Shown: one piece after another, positions 12,701 through 22,756 of the stretch
How positions within the stretch are numbered: the first letter of the stretch is position 1
Layout of the letters: each line of letters starts with the position of its first letter
From: Styela clava
Lineage: Eukaryota
NCBI RefSeq assembly: GCF_964204865.1
Contig: NC_135252.1
Span: 10,850,001-10,914,000 of the forward strand
Direction: 5' to 3'
Length of the DNA: 64,000 bases
Notes under the pieces: model-generated
Databases searched by the model: none
What the model was told of the DNA's origin: nothing
What the model saw: only the letters and a program-made list of their open reading frames with translations
Position numbers and translations under genes: made by a program

Positions 12701-12865
12701 TTGGTATTTCTTAGCATGTTCCGACATTTCGTTTTCCACAATGTTGTTATCAGTTCCTCCATTTCCTGGGCTCACCAAAACGGACTTAACAAGAGGTGAC
12801 TGTGACAGCTTCCATGCTAGTGCATGTTCTCTTCCCCCAGAACCAATTATCAAAATTCTTGCCAT
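9770..12865 (-). CDS. GART: Trifunctional purine biosynthetic protein GARS-AIRS-GART, intronless CDS
   Basis: 1031 aa; GSGGREHALAW and LEFNCRFGDPE (GARS), GTDGVGTK, GGETAEMPG and HITGGG (AIRS), ISGTGTNMQALI and NIHPSLLPSFKG (GART), in the animal domain order. Confidence 0.99.
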   Translation of the reverse strand: MARILIIGSGGREHALAWKLSQSPLVKSVLVSPGNGGTDNNIVENEMSEHAKKYQKVMNVIDVPSDNYESLSLWCKLNEISLVVVGPEVPLADGICDVLAKNGVRCFGPTSSAAALEASKEYAKEFMVRNGIPTAQFKSFKDADSAIAHINTANYDALVVKASGLAAGKGVVVCETATEACKAVKDIFEQNLFGSSGDTLVVEERLYGEEFSLLCFTDGDTIAVMPPIQDHKQVYDGDKGPNTGGMGAYGPCPQIDHKVVEYITNHVLQVAVNGMKNEGKKYVGVLYAGIMLTKDGPKVLEFNCRFGDPECQVLMSLLDSDLYEIFTQCCKGSLNSSHICWKNTKSVCIVLASSGYPGAYEKGKVITGIGAGNQNPNLKVFEAGTKLDSDGNKITSGGRVLSVCSTASNLEDATRIALAGAEVIKFEGSFYRKDIGWKGLEYIKNQPKLTYASCGVSVSNGDAFVHGISSIASSTARKGCTAVLGGFGALFDLAAAGYSNPVLVSGTDGVGTKLLLAQGSGRHSTIGQDLVAMCVNDVLTHNAEPLFFLDYLSCGKLKSKIATEVVHGISEACKLAGCGLIGGETAEMPGMYANGEYDLAGFAVGAYDKKLHTPLPRLNEISEGDVIVGISSNGLHSNGFSLVREVVKISGCNLSESAPFDNNCNLLDCLLAPTAIYTSLLPVLRSGNFVKALAHITGGGINGNLARVIPNGMCAIICAKQWEIQPVFGWLSKVGDIDFQEMLKTFNCGLGMCMVIAKEGVNAVMENCRVRLASSKLNAYVIGYIEKSDVENKVIVNDFAEALKNSWDPNVTEVDNALNLPSIGNSEKPSVAVFISGTGTNMQALINHENTASSSYTISLIISNKANAGGLKKASAANISYIVLDHKNFPTREAYDLAVHEVLMKKRVHFICLAGFMRLLSGWFTRTWRGRIINIHPSLLPSFKGMDAHKQVLKSGVRITGCTVHYVTENMDEGAIIAQTAVSVEIDDDVTSLSERVKTAEHQTYPKALDLVASGQVQFNDRSNKVTWLNK

Positions 12866-13102
12866 TCTTACGGTTTCTTATACCGTTTTCCTATCTTATT
12901 TTTTGCAGACCTGAATTTCAGAATTGCGAGATTAAAAATCATTAATTAAGTATCCTATATAGCCTAGGAGACTCTTATTTTACAGTCTTATTCACATACT
13001 CAGTAGATTAATTTAAATCAATTCAAGTTAAGCCATTAAGCACAGTCAGACAGTGGGTAAATTCGGGATTGTAAATGACGGGCAACACTGGGCGATGAGA
13101 TA

Positions 13103-13428
13103 CAGTATCTACCAAAGTTACCCCAGCCCACACTCACCCTGCGGTCAACGGGTTAACCCACTATTTTACTCACTTTATAAACCTTATTTCATGAAAACTA
13201 TTTGCCCTGATAATATATAGCCCATACTGCCATAGCTGATATATTCCACGCAAATGCAATACCAAGCTCAGCCTACAGGCCTAGTTACACCTAACATGGC
13301 CTAACAAAAACGATTGTGGGCTGGCATCCCATGACTGTGGGGCTGGCGTTCTGATGTTATAAAGTGAGTAAAATAGTTAGTTAACCCGTTGACTGCCGGT
13401 GTAGGCTGGGGTAACTTTGGTCGGTATC
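13103..13428. mobile_element. MITE with ~65-bp imperfect TIRs upstream of GART
   Basis: Left arm ACCAAAGTTACCCCCAGCC...GTCAACGGGTTAAC...CTATTTTACTCACTTTATAA is mirrored by TTATAAAGTGAGTAAAATAG...GTTAACCCGTTGAC...GGCTGGGGTAACTTTGGT; exact ends uncertain. Confidence 0.85.
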
Positions 13429-13577
13429 TTTACATCTTGGTTACTTTTAAATAATTACATTAATTTTTTCAATAAACTATGATTGTATGAAAGATAACGA
13501 TGATTCTAGTATTTTAAAGGAGCTAGGTACGGTATCGTGCAAGTTTTCTGAATCTTCAATCAGTACTGCAGTATATC

Positions 13578-13790
13578 ATAATCAATCAATCAATCAATTT
13601 TATTCGATCACTCTGATACAAACAAAACACAAAACAACAACAAAGGGACAAACAAAATACAGAGGACCTGGAGGACGGGCATAACTTAATAAAAAAGTTA
13701 AATACGTACAAGTACGTGCCCGTCCCCCAAAAACAGGCAAAACACAATAAAACAAAAACATGATGTGACATCGGGCAATATCTTATAAAT
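13578..13790 (-). mobile_element. LINE-like (CR1/L2-type) 3' end with stem-loop and (TTGA)n tail
   Basis: Minus strand ends AATAAAA(TTGA)4; inverted pair GGACGGGCA (~13672) / TGCCCGTCC (~13717) forms a 3' stem-loop. Family assignment is inference. Confidence 0.6.
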
Positions 13791-14039
13791 TCAAATTAAA
13801 ATGTGAGACGTGTATGTGCTTTTCCTATACAGATATATGGATTAAAGAACACTCGCTGACGAAAAATGGTGATGTTGTGGGTCTACTTCAATTATATTGC
13901 AAAAATAACACAGTGACAAATTTTTTTTTACTAAAAAACAAGCTTGGTAAATGGATTGAATGTTCCATAGCAGTCTATGCACAAATCATGAATTGGGGTA
14001 TTGGGTTCTTTTGTCGTTTTCGGTTAGTTCACTTTAAAA

Positions 14040-14252
14040 TCATTGTATCCGTTCCAATGCTTCCAACATTAATATCGAATTTCCACGAACGACCACCATT
14101 CAGCCATTCCAACAGGTGCAGTGATCCCATCTTTTCTATGCTCTGTTCCATCATACACGACTAGATTCATAAAAGGATCGTCCACCATTTAACTTTAAAT
14201 CCAATCTTTTATCCATAAACTTCTCTTATTTTAGTGGATGGGCTTTGCTCAT
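14040..14252 (-). pseudogene. SNRPG: Sm protein G processed pseudogene
   Basis: Translates MSKAHPLK*EKFMDKRLDLKLNGGR / DPFMNLVVYDGTEHRKDGITAPVGM / VVVRGNSILMLEALERIQ*; premature TAA at 14226-14228, deletion of the V.G.LRGF segment, an 8-nt insertion, no introns. Confidence 0.93.
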
Positions 14253-15134
14253 GTTGATATTGCGCGATACAGATTACAGATACCGAAACATACAACGCGT
14301 AGCATTCACTAGTCTTTTCAAGCTGACACGTCTGCACCCGACGAAGGTCGGAACGGAACTCGAATGGAATAAATATAAACACATGTTACTTTTAAATAAT
14401 TACACTAATTTTTTCATTAATCATTAAACTATGAAGGATAACGATGATTCTAGCATTTTAAATGGAGCTAAGTATCCTGCAAGTTTTCTGAATCTTCCAT
14501 CAGTACCGTACTGCAGTAGGCTATATCTTGGATATAAACGCACCTACACTCATGACTCAAGACACTGTCAGCGCGTAGGCGGCACACTAATACTCCGAAC
14601 CGTGGTCATTTACTACGGTACCGTACGGTAGCTCCTACCGGTACGTAAATTACAACAGAAATATCTAAATATTTCCACAATCTTACCAGATATAGTCTGG
14701 CGGTACTGATGTCTGCAGACTTTTAAGTATATTATATATACTTACCCTATATTTATTTGCAATACATCGTACCGTAATGTCTGAATGTAACAACATCCTG
14801 GCATCTAAATAAAATATCAACAACAAGGCTACACACGTGGTTTCAGTGATAGTGGTTGTGGGGGTCTCCCTAACACCGGGCGCTTGCGAATTCAGGCACT
14901 TTGATATTTTATTTTTACCGTACGTCATTGGGGTTTCCAATTTATTGGACACGTGAGTGGACCTATGGATCGTTTTTGATATTATGTTGTTGTTCTTGTT
15001 GATATTCTTCTCTTTCGTCGAGATGAAATCGCTTTTCTCTTCGAATACTGGACCAATTGCTCTGATAATTACCTGTAAGAATAAAATGATCAAGGTATTT
15101 GAGAATCAAAACAGTTTTGAGGGTAACGAAGCAT

Positions 15135-15628
15135 GGATCTTTCCCCGAGCATCTACTTTCTTGTTTACTTTATGACATTGGCCAATCAGCAAAATGCAAA
15201 AAGTGATGTAACAATGCTCTGTTTTCGCATCCGCTCAGACACTTTTCTCACTCAGAGCATAGATGCATTGTCTCTGCCCAGACAGATTACCTCGTTTTTG
15301 GGTTTTTGAACTCTATTCGTTAGTTTTCAGTTGTGTTTCGGAAATTTAAATATAAATCAGATAATTCAATGACCACTCTGTCTTCTTATGAGTTTTAATT
15401 TAATTGCAATAATAAAAAATTAGTGTAGAATTAGCTGTGATAGACTGGTCTAAAATTCTTCACCGGTACTTTTAGAAAACAGACTGTTGTATGCGATGAA
15501 TCATAATGATGGTTTGAAACACATACCCTATTTTACAGGCACCAACTCGCGAAACCACTCTTAAAATATGCCCCAGAAATTTCGCAATGGAAGATTTTTT
15601 TCAGAAGTCAAAGGTCGGGCAATGGTTC
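15135..15628 (+). mobile_element. MITE, older copy of the 43995-44475 family
   Basis: Shares GACATTGGCCAATCAGCAA...TCGCATCCGCTCAGACACTTTTCTCACTCAG...AAAGGTCGGG; AT on both flanks. Further fragments at about 30275-30440 (-) and 43653-43860 (+). Confidence 0.85.
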
Positions 15629-15632
15629 ATTA

Positions 15633-16612
15633 ATAAATAAAGCTGAGGAATTTGTTTGTTCACTGTACGGAGTAAATATGAACAACCTAAATGATACCAG
15701 GGCACGTCACTCCAAAACTTGCAAATATATGGATTAAACTCTTCCACCCAACAATGATTCACTCTAAAGAAGCATATTCTGAAGGATGAGGATTTCGGAA
15801 GCAATTCAGAGGAAAGTGAATTATATTGAAGTCAATTTAATGAATATTTTTAATCAATTTTTCTCAAACATCTGGTAGTTTCGAAAGTCCTATTTCCCAT
15901 AAATAATATTGACTTTGTATCAAATACACAGCCACATAAACTGAAAAAAGACTAATTTCTGTTTACGACTTTTTTGTGTAAATTTTTCAGTGAGAAATAG
16001 CCGATTTATTTGTGTTTTTGTGCTCACGATGTTAATTTGTGACTTCATTGCATAAAAATAAATGCGTTTGATAGCTTCTATAAAATGAATGCAACTTCTT
16101 ACGCTGTTTTTGTAGTAAACTGATTTTGGTCAGTCGAAACGTTTCAGAAATACATTTGTGTTAGTGCGCTGCAGGACTTTTGAATTGCGTAATTCTTATG
16201 CTGTGTTGTTGTAAAGCTATGGAAATTGATTTTCTGAGAATCCCTCAAATGCAATTTTGCATTTTCATTTAAACCGATTTACTTGTGTTTTTGTGCGCGC
16301 AAAGTTAATTTGTGACTTCATCGCATAAAATTGATGCGTTTGATGGAGTCTATAAAATGAATGCAATTCTTCATGCTGTGTCGTTGTAAACCTATGGTTA
16401 TTAATTTTGGGGAAATCTCCTTAAATCGAGTTTTTCATCAGGGTTTTAGAAGCATGTTTTACAGAAAATGTGTAACTTTCGTTAGTGGGAACAAGCTGTA
16501 GTGCGTTCAATATATTCATTCTCATACAAAACTAAAGAACTCATATAGTTTCCAGATGGGCGCTACGAAACTCACTTTTTAGGCGTTTTTCAGGGCCTCG
16601 TCTCACGGCCTA
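15633..16612 (+). mobile_element. 3' part of an Academ(X)-like DNA transposon
   Basis: Decayed frame AEEFVCSLYG..LNDTR..*TLPPNNDSL/KKHIL resembles the FVCxLYG...LPP...H segment of XPG-domain Academ proteins; subterminal ~120-bp repeats (about 16000-16120, 16273-16400); ends CTCACGGCCTA (Academ ends are TAG..CTA). Confidence 0.55.
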
Positions 16613-16781
16613 AAATGTATGAAAATATTTTATATAATCGAATCAATTAAAAAAAAAACGCGTGCTATGAGGGTGTTCTAGTTAGATTTCAAAAATAAAT
16701 ATTATTCTACTGAACTAGTAATAGCTAGGCTTAAGGAAATGATAATTTATATAGCAGTACAAACAAGAAGATCACCTGCGC

Positions 16782-17470
16782 GATTCTTTTGGTCCTCGCT
16801 GCAGCGTTCGATATGGTTCATCACTCAATGGTATAAGAGGCAAATCACTTAACCTCATGGCGTCACACTTAAGCGGGCGTCAGAAATGTGTTCTGAATGG
16901 GGTATATATTCATGAAATGGGCTTTACTAAATGCGGAGTTCTACAGGGTTACACAATTGGTCCTCTGCTATTTTCATGTTATTAAATTATCTACCAGTTG
17001 CATCTTCCTTATTCAACGCTATTTGCTGATGATACTTCCCCGTTAAAATCTACGTCATGTTTGTCCTAACTTGAGATCGTAGTGAATACTGAAATACAAA
17101 ATGTTGATATTTGGCTAAAGGAAAATATATAAATTATCTTTAAATTACTCTAAAACAAAGGCTCTTCTGTAATAAGGGAAAAGATATTACCCACTTCAAA
17201 CTTTTTTAGGCAGTAAAAAAATTGGGCGAACCAATAGTATAAAATATTTGTGGGTCACCATCAATGATAATCTAAGCTGAAACTGCATATTAACTAGCCA
17301 GGAAGCTATCGCAAACCGTTGGTATTTTTTATGAACTAACTAAACACATCTTGAATTCTGAAACGCTTAAAGTAATTCATTATAGTTTATTTCACTCACG
17401 ATTGCAATATGGAATTATTAGTTGGGAATCAGCAGCTAAGTCTTCATTGTAGCTAATTCAAGATGATAAA
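16782..17470 (+). mobile_element. Decayed LINE reverse transcriptase (CR1/L2 group)
   Basis: Ordered motifs FLVLAAAFDMVHH, CGVLQGYTIGPLLF, LFADDT, KYL.VTINDNLS, YSLFHSRLQYGIISW with stops and frameshifts. Confidence 0.9.
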
Positions 17471-17555
17471 AGAGATGTGCATAAATAAATATTGTCAGAC
17501 TAATAAAAAATTGCCTAAGTCAAATTTTCACATTTTAAGTGAAAAACTTTTTTTC

Positions 17556-17965
17556 TTCGAATTTAGGTAACCACGTCCATCGCTCCAAACTATGATATGC
17601 TTCAGCTCGGGATTATTACAAATGATTCGCTTAAAATGCTCAAACTGCAAGTAAGTAAATACTTCACTAGAAAGTTTGCCTTCAGTTTCATTCCAGACGT
17701 AACAGTAACCTGCTTTTGATTTTGTATCATATAGTGTGAAATTGTGTACCTATAGCTTAGTTCTGTATTATGAGGTACTAGCTCTCGTTCTAGAACATAA
17801 AAGCACGGCCTGTAGATCCATCGTCCAAACGGATTTTTTTGCACTTGCAGAATCTTTGTCGGTTATCGTTTTTTTCATAGCATCATCCTTCAGTTTGATA
17901 TGCAAGCTATACTCAACTGTACTCATGTTACCATGTTTGTAACCTACACACTTATCAGATTATCG
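17556..17965 (-). mobile_element. Sola1-like DDD transposase fragment
   Basis: Minus frame reads WTMDLQAVLLC...*YRTKL*VHNFTLY...GYCYVWNETEG...IIVWSDG, the DLQ / YxxKLxVxNF / CYxWxExEG / SD pattern of Sola1; two in-frame stops. Confidence 0.75.
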
Positions 17966-18468
17966 AGACTTACATCAATATCTAGTAGTTCGTGAAACGG
18001 TAAATAGCCACTTTTACTATATAAATATGCATCGGAATTCTCCTTGCAGCCATCGAGCTGAAGCTCTATAAAACCCTCCCAACTTCATTCACCTCATCTG
18101 TGAAAATTAAATACGGAAACATGTGAAGATCGCTCACTACTATCGCCGTATAAATTCGCATTTTTTGGCGTTCAAAAACTTGTCACGTGTGCCACTATCA
18201 TTTGCAGAAGCATTTCCAAGTAGAGCATAGTTTCTCAGCTTCCTGGACTTCATACCGTTAGTACTCGATCACTACAATTACTTGCCGGTAGCGTCCAGAT
18301 GTTGAAATATATATGTCAGTACACCCTATTTAACCAGAAAGCACTGCTCGTCAAAGAGTGTCGTAACGATGCCAGAACGTACCAAACCTAGATGAGGACA
18401 AGCGTGTTTAAATGTGCCTATCTCAATAATAGTTCCGGTTAGCGCTGGTCAGTTACGGCTTCCTCCAC

Positions 18469-21088
18469 TGTTGGCGTAGTAATGGACGATGTCTTGGTTC
18501 ACGGACGAAACCAAGAGGAACATGACAAAAGACTTGACGCTGTTTTGAAAAAGATAGCAAAAGCAGGTCTTGCGTTAAACGACAAATGTCAGTTTTCCCT
18601 CCGAAAATTAAAGTTTCTTGGTTTTATGATAGATGCAGAAGGTGTGGAGGACCCTCAAAAGGTCATGGCTCTTTCCAAAATGCCAGCTCCCACAAATGTT
18701 TCCGAACTGAGACCCTGAAACAGAAAAATTCTAAAGGACAATGGAAACCTGTGGCGTTTGCTTCGCGCGCTATGAACACCACAGAGCAGAAATATGCGCA
18801 AGTAGAAAAAGAGGCATTAGCAGTTACGTGGGCGTGTGAGCATTTTCAAGATTTTCTCGTAGAAATGCATTTCATGATAAACACAGACCACAAACCACTA
18901 GTTGCTTTATTCGGCACGGAAAGCCTAGATGAGTTGCCTCCGCGAATCCAAAGATTTAGGATGAGATTGATGCGGTTTTCCTTCGATATTTCTCACATCC
19001 CAGGAAAGCACTTGATAATAGCAGAAACTTTGTCTCGTGCACCACTGGACGACATGCGAGAAGAAGAAATTCAGCTGAATGAAGACAGCGGTATTTATGT
19101 TCGTTCTGTTATTGATGGGTTCCCGGCATCAGATAAGCGCTTGCAGCAAATTCGTGTACATTTAAATGAGGACATTGTCTGTAAAGAAATTATGAATTTT
19201 TGTATGCACGGATGGCCGGATGAATCCAGGCTTAATGACGTATTGTTGCCGTACTACGAAGTACGCGGTGATCTGCCACTGATCTTACTGTAATTGACGG
19301 ATTGTTGCTACGCGGAACCAGATTATTAATTCCAGCATCGTTGCGACTTGATATTTTGGAGAAAATACATGAAGGATATATGGGGATCGTAAAATGCCGA
19401 CGTCGAGCAAGATCTTCAGTGTGGTGGCCTTACATGAACAAGCAACTGGAAGAAGTTTGTAAGAGCCGTCCTTCTTTTTGTGAATTTTCACAAACCAAAA
19501 CTCAACCATTAATTCCGAGTGAATATCCTGATAAACCATGGAAAAAGATTGCAACGGATTTATTCGAGTTGAAAGGTTCAAAATATTTGTTAGCTGTTGA
19601 TTATTTCTCCAGTTGGATCGAGATTGCTTTGTTACATGATACGACGTCGCTTACAGTAATCAATCATCTAAAGTCAATTTTCGCAAAGACCACAATACGC
19701 TTCGGGAGAATTTTCCAAATTTGCAGTAGAATATGGATTTTGTCATATAACGTCAAGTCCTCGCTATGCTCAATGTAACGGAGAGGCGGAGCCTACAGGA
19801 GTGGTGACTCCTCTACGGCCCATGGGCCGGGGCCACGGCCCATCTAATTGGGCCACATGGGCCGTGGCCCATCAAGCTATGGGCCGTGGCCCATCAAGCT
19901 ATGGGCCGCGGCCCCATCAGGAAAATTTCAATTATCTTACCAAAATTTTCAATTTTTACAAAACTGTCAATATTCGAACAAAAAAATATACTCCTGTAGT
20001 ATGTGTACCAGGTTAGGGTTAGGACAAAAAAAATTCAAATTTTTTACATTATAGTTCTATTATGAATTCGGGGACTGTCTGTGTTAGCCAAGTGAATAGT
20101 CCCTTTACACAACTTGATGGGCCGCGGCCCATAGCCTGATGGGCCGAGGCCCAATTCGATGGGCCGTGGCCCCGGCCCATGGGCCGCAGAGGAGTCACCA
20201 CTTCCACTCGGCGGAGCGTGCAGTCCAAACTATTAAAAATCTGCTTAAAAGAACAAAAGATCCATACATGGCATTGCTGAATTATAGAAGTACAGCTTTG
20301 AAAAATGGTTATTCTCCAAGTGAACTTCTCATGGGAAGAATGTTGAGCACGAAGTTACCAGTTTATTCAAGTGAATTGATTCCAAAATGGCCTAACATGG
20401 ATGAATTGCAAAATAAAGAGTTGGGCGATAAAATGAAACAAAAGATGCATTTTGATAAAAGGCACAGAGCTCAAAATATGGAAAAATTGCAGATTGGTGA
20501 TCATGCATGGATCAAAGATGGTCTTCAAAAAGAGCAAGGTGTTATAACTGGGTATGCTGATACACCACGTTCATATATGATTTTAACACCGAGTGGTACG
20601 TTGAGACGTAATCGTCGACATCTCAAGAAAGTTCCAGAAAGACCAACTTCGGACGAAGAAACACAATCTCCCATCAAAACGGATGTACAGGTTGAACCGA
20701 ACGAGCCTGTTCAAGAAAATACGGAGAAAGTGAACATTACAAGATCTGGACGAATTTCCAGACCGCCAGAAAAACTAAATTTGTAAATAATTATGAAGGC
20801 GGTCATATTGTGATAACATCGTTATTGTGCAAGTTTCTTTAAATTGTTTTATGTTCACTTTTTGATAATGTTTAGAAACATATCTTTCCTGTAAGGGGGG
20901 GGGGGGGTGTATGTTAGTATTGTGACGTAATAATAGCGTCTGGGTCTACCCGACGCAGACGCGTAATAATGGGATTTGGAGTGGGCTGTTGTTGATGTGA
21001 TGGTACTGTTTTGCTGCTAAGATTAAAGACTATTCCATTCATACGAACAACGTGTCTATTTGCCTCCAATATAATAAGGGACACGACA
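18469..21088 (+). mobile_element. Ty3/Gypsy LTR retrotransposon remnant (partial RT, RNase H, integrase, PPT, 3' LTR)
   Basis: MDDVLVHG (RT), PVAFASR..YAQVEKEALAV..TDHKPL (RNase H), IHEG..VWWP and DLF..VDYFS..NGEAERAVQTIK (integrase), multiple frameshifts; G-run PPT 20893-20907; LTR about 20908-21088; TG...CA ends with 5-bp TSD TCCAC (18464-18468, 21089-21093). Confidence 0.95.
19793..20209. mobile_element. 417-bp MITE with subterminal inverted repeats and 8-bp TSD, inserted in the integrase
   Basis: TSD GGCGGAGC at 19785-19792 and 20210-20217; ~54-bp inverted repeats AGTGGTGACTCCTCT.CGGCCCATGGGCCGGGGCCACGGCCCATC set ~7 bp inside non-matching termini; internal GGGCCGTGGCCCATCAAGCTAT repeats. 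Confidence 0.95.
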
Positions 21089-21884
21089 TCCACCATCAAG
21101 TCCATACATCCGAAAACAAACAATATAACTAATCCCATACCGGACTCGGAATGCTAACTGGACGAGAGGCCGTGGTTCGCCATATGGATAAGCCGTCTTA
21201 TCGGCTTTCCGCTCCCCCGGGATAAATATGTAAATCCTATCCTAATTCACTGAACTAAAGAAGAAAGGGTCATATGGTAAAATATCAGAAGCGAAAGATC
21301 TTGAATCAAGAATATGGACTTCAAACGTTTCCACTCAAATAGACAATAAAATTGTCTATCCCAAATAGTCGTAATGTAACATGATATGCGCAATGCGAAA
21401 CGCCAAACATTCATTAAATTCCGTATTATTATTGTTTTGTTCAATCACGGACCCGTGTACATGTGATGAGTGCTTTTTCCGATGCCGTATTATTATTATC
21501 ATTTGTTCAATTACGGACCTGTGTATGTGTAAGTAGTGATTTCCCCGATGATTGTTTCATCTTCATGTGTGGCGTGCACTTGCACAGAATTTACCTACAG
21601 TTTTGATTTGATTTGTGTAGTCTTGAATATCTTTCTTATATGTGGTCCAATCAACGTTGGCCTAGGTTTGTGTTTTTTTGTTAAATTCTTTGCGCGAGTG
21701 GCGGTGATCGAGCTGCGAGCGCGTGATTATCTCTCGTGTATAAAACTTTTTCGAAGGTCTTTCCATATCTCCAGAATTTTCTTATTCTTAAGTGGTTTGT
21801 ATTTTTTAAATCATTTAGGCACAGATGAATCCAAAGACACTAGGTCGTATCCTCGTTTTCTATCCACTCCAGAAAACTATGTAA

Positions 21885-22160
21885 TAGCCCTGTGATTATC
21901 TCGAATCCCAAGCGGGGTTTATTATGTGCGAGAGAATTGCTGGACTCCTCTCCTTGGTAGGGTGGTTCATTTAACCACTTGTCCGTTGCGGCTTTCTTCA
22001 CCATCAAGTCCATGCATCTGAAAACGAATAACTGACAACTAATCCATAGCCGACATGGACTGGTAACCGGACACAAATGGCTTGGTTCACCATATGATTA
22101 AGCCGTTTTATTGTTTTCCTCTCCCCGGGATAAATAATAAATATGTAAACACTATCCTAA
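21885..22160 (+). mobile_element. tRNA-derived SINE, degenerate 5'-truncated copy
   Basis: TTATGTGCGAGAGAATTGCTGGACTCCTC...CACCATCAAGTCCATGC...CCCGGGATAAAT. Confidence 0.85.
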
Positions 22161-22516
22161 GAATAAACTTTCTGTTCTATAGAGAGGTGAAGGTACAACC
22201 AGTGATTAGTAATATGAGATGAATTGAAATAAGCAACTCTCCGTTTGTTTTTAATGTATTTGAAATGGGCAATCAAATTCGAAGCATAAAGAAGGGATAT
22301 TTTAATAGGTCTTATCAGATAAGCTAATCTCATTACGAAGAGTTATATGTAATTCTGTGCCCAAAAACCCGAAATGAGTGGCCGTACACATGGTTCAGAC
22401 ATTTATAGCAAGTACCTATATATACAAATTATGTACAATTCCAATATTGAAGAAAAACGAGGCTGAAAAAAATTACCACATGGATTATACAGTTGAAACA
22501 TAACAAGATTAATTGG

Positions 22517-22756
22517 GCATGATGAATTTAGTCCAATACACTGAACAAAAGAAACATGAGAAGGCAATATCTAAAAATATAGATGACTGCAGGGAACAGA
22601 TTACAGGCCTCAATTTCAAAAAAATTCTCAACCTTATTTGAGCATGATGAATTTGGTTCAATATACAGAACAAAACAAACATTATGAGGAGGCAATATCA
22701 AAAAATATTGATGACCGCAGGGAACAGATTACAGGCCTCAATTTAAAAAAAAAATT
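22517..22756. repeat. Two-copy ~126-bp tandem duplication
   Basis: GCATGATGAATTT...GCAGGGAACAGATTACAGGCCTCAATTT at about 22517-22626 and 22643-22756. Confidence 0.9.

Larger units (their letters stand above)
13440..14527 (+). repeat. Pair of ~140-bp diverged direct repeats (13440-13577 and 14385-14527) bracketing an 807-bp insert
   Basis: Both read GTTACTTTTAAATAATTACA...GATAACGATGATTCTAG...TGCAAGTTTTCTGAATCTTC...CTGCAGTA. Confidence 0.92.
18441..21244 (+). mobile_element. SINE copy split by the Gypsy insertion (left piece 18441-18468, right piece 21089-21244)
   Basis: GCTGGTCAGTTACGGCTTCCTCCAC plus CATCAAGTCCAT...GGATAAATATGTAAATCCTATCCTA reconstitutes the 3' half of the SINE. Confidence 0.88.

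Noticed and set aside
9770-12865. Horizontal transfer of GART or PISD because intronless
   Set aside because: Trifunctional fusion and mitochondrial-type PISD architecture are eukaryotic; composition matches neighbouring genes.
10194-12914. Plus-strand ORFs overlapping GART (and those overlapping the UBAN-like and LRR CDSs)
   Set aside because: Antisense shadows with no motifs.
14355-14372. ATTCCATTCGAG (minus) as a spliced-leader remnant on the SmG copy
   Set aside because: Only loose resemblance to the Ciona SL; species SL unknown.
18472-18480. TGGCGTAGT as tRNA-Ser primer-binding site
   Set aside because: Only 9 nt and it reads in frame as GVV before MDDV of RT, so it is better explained as coding sequence.
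20011-20023. TTAGGG telomere-like repeat (also 44930-44943)
   Set aside because: Two units only, internal to MITEs; not an interstitial telomere.
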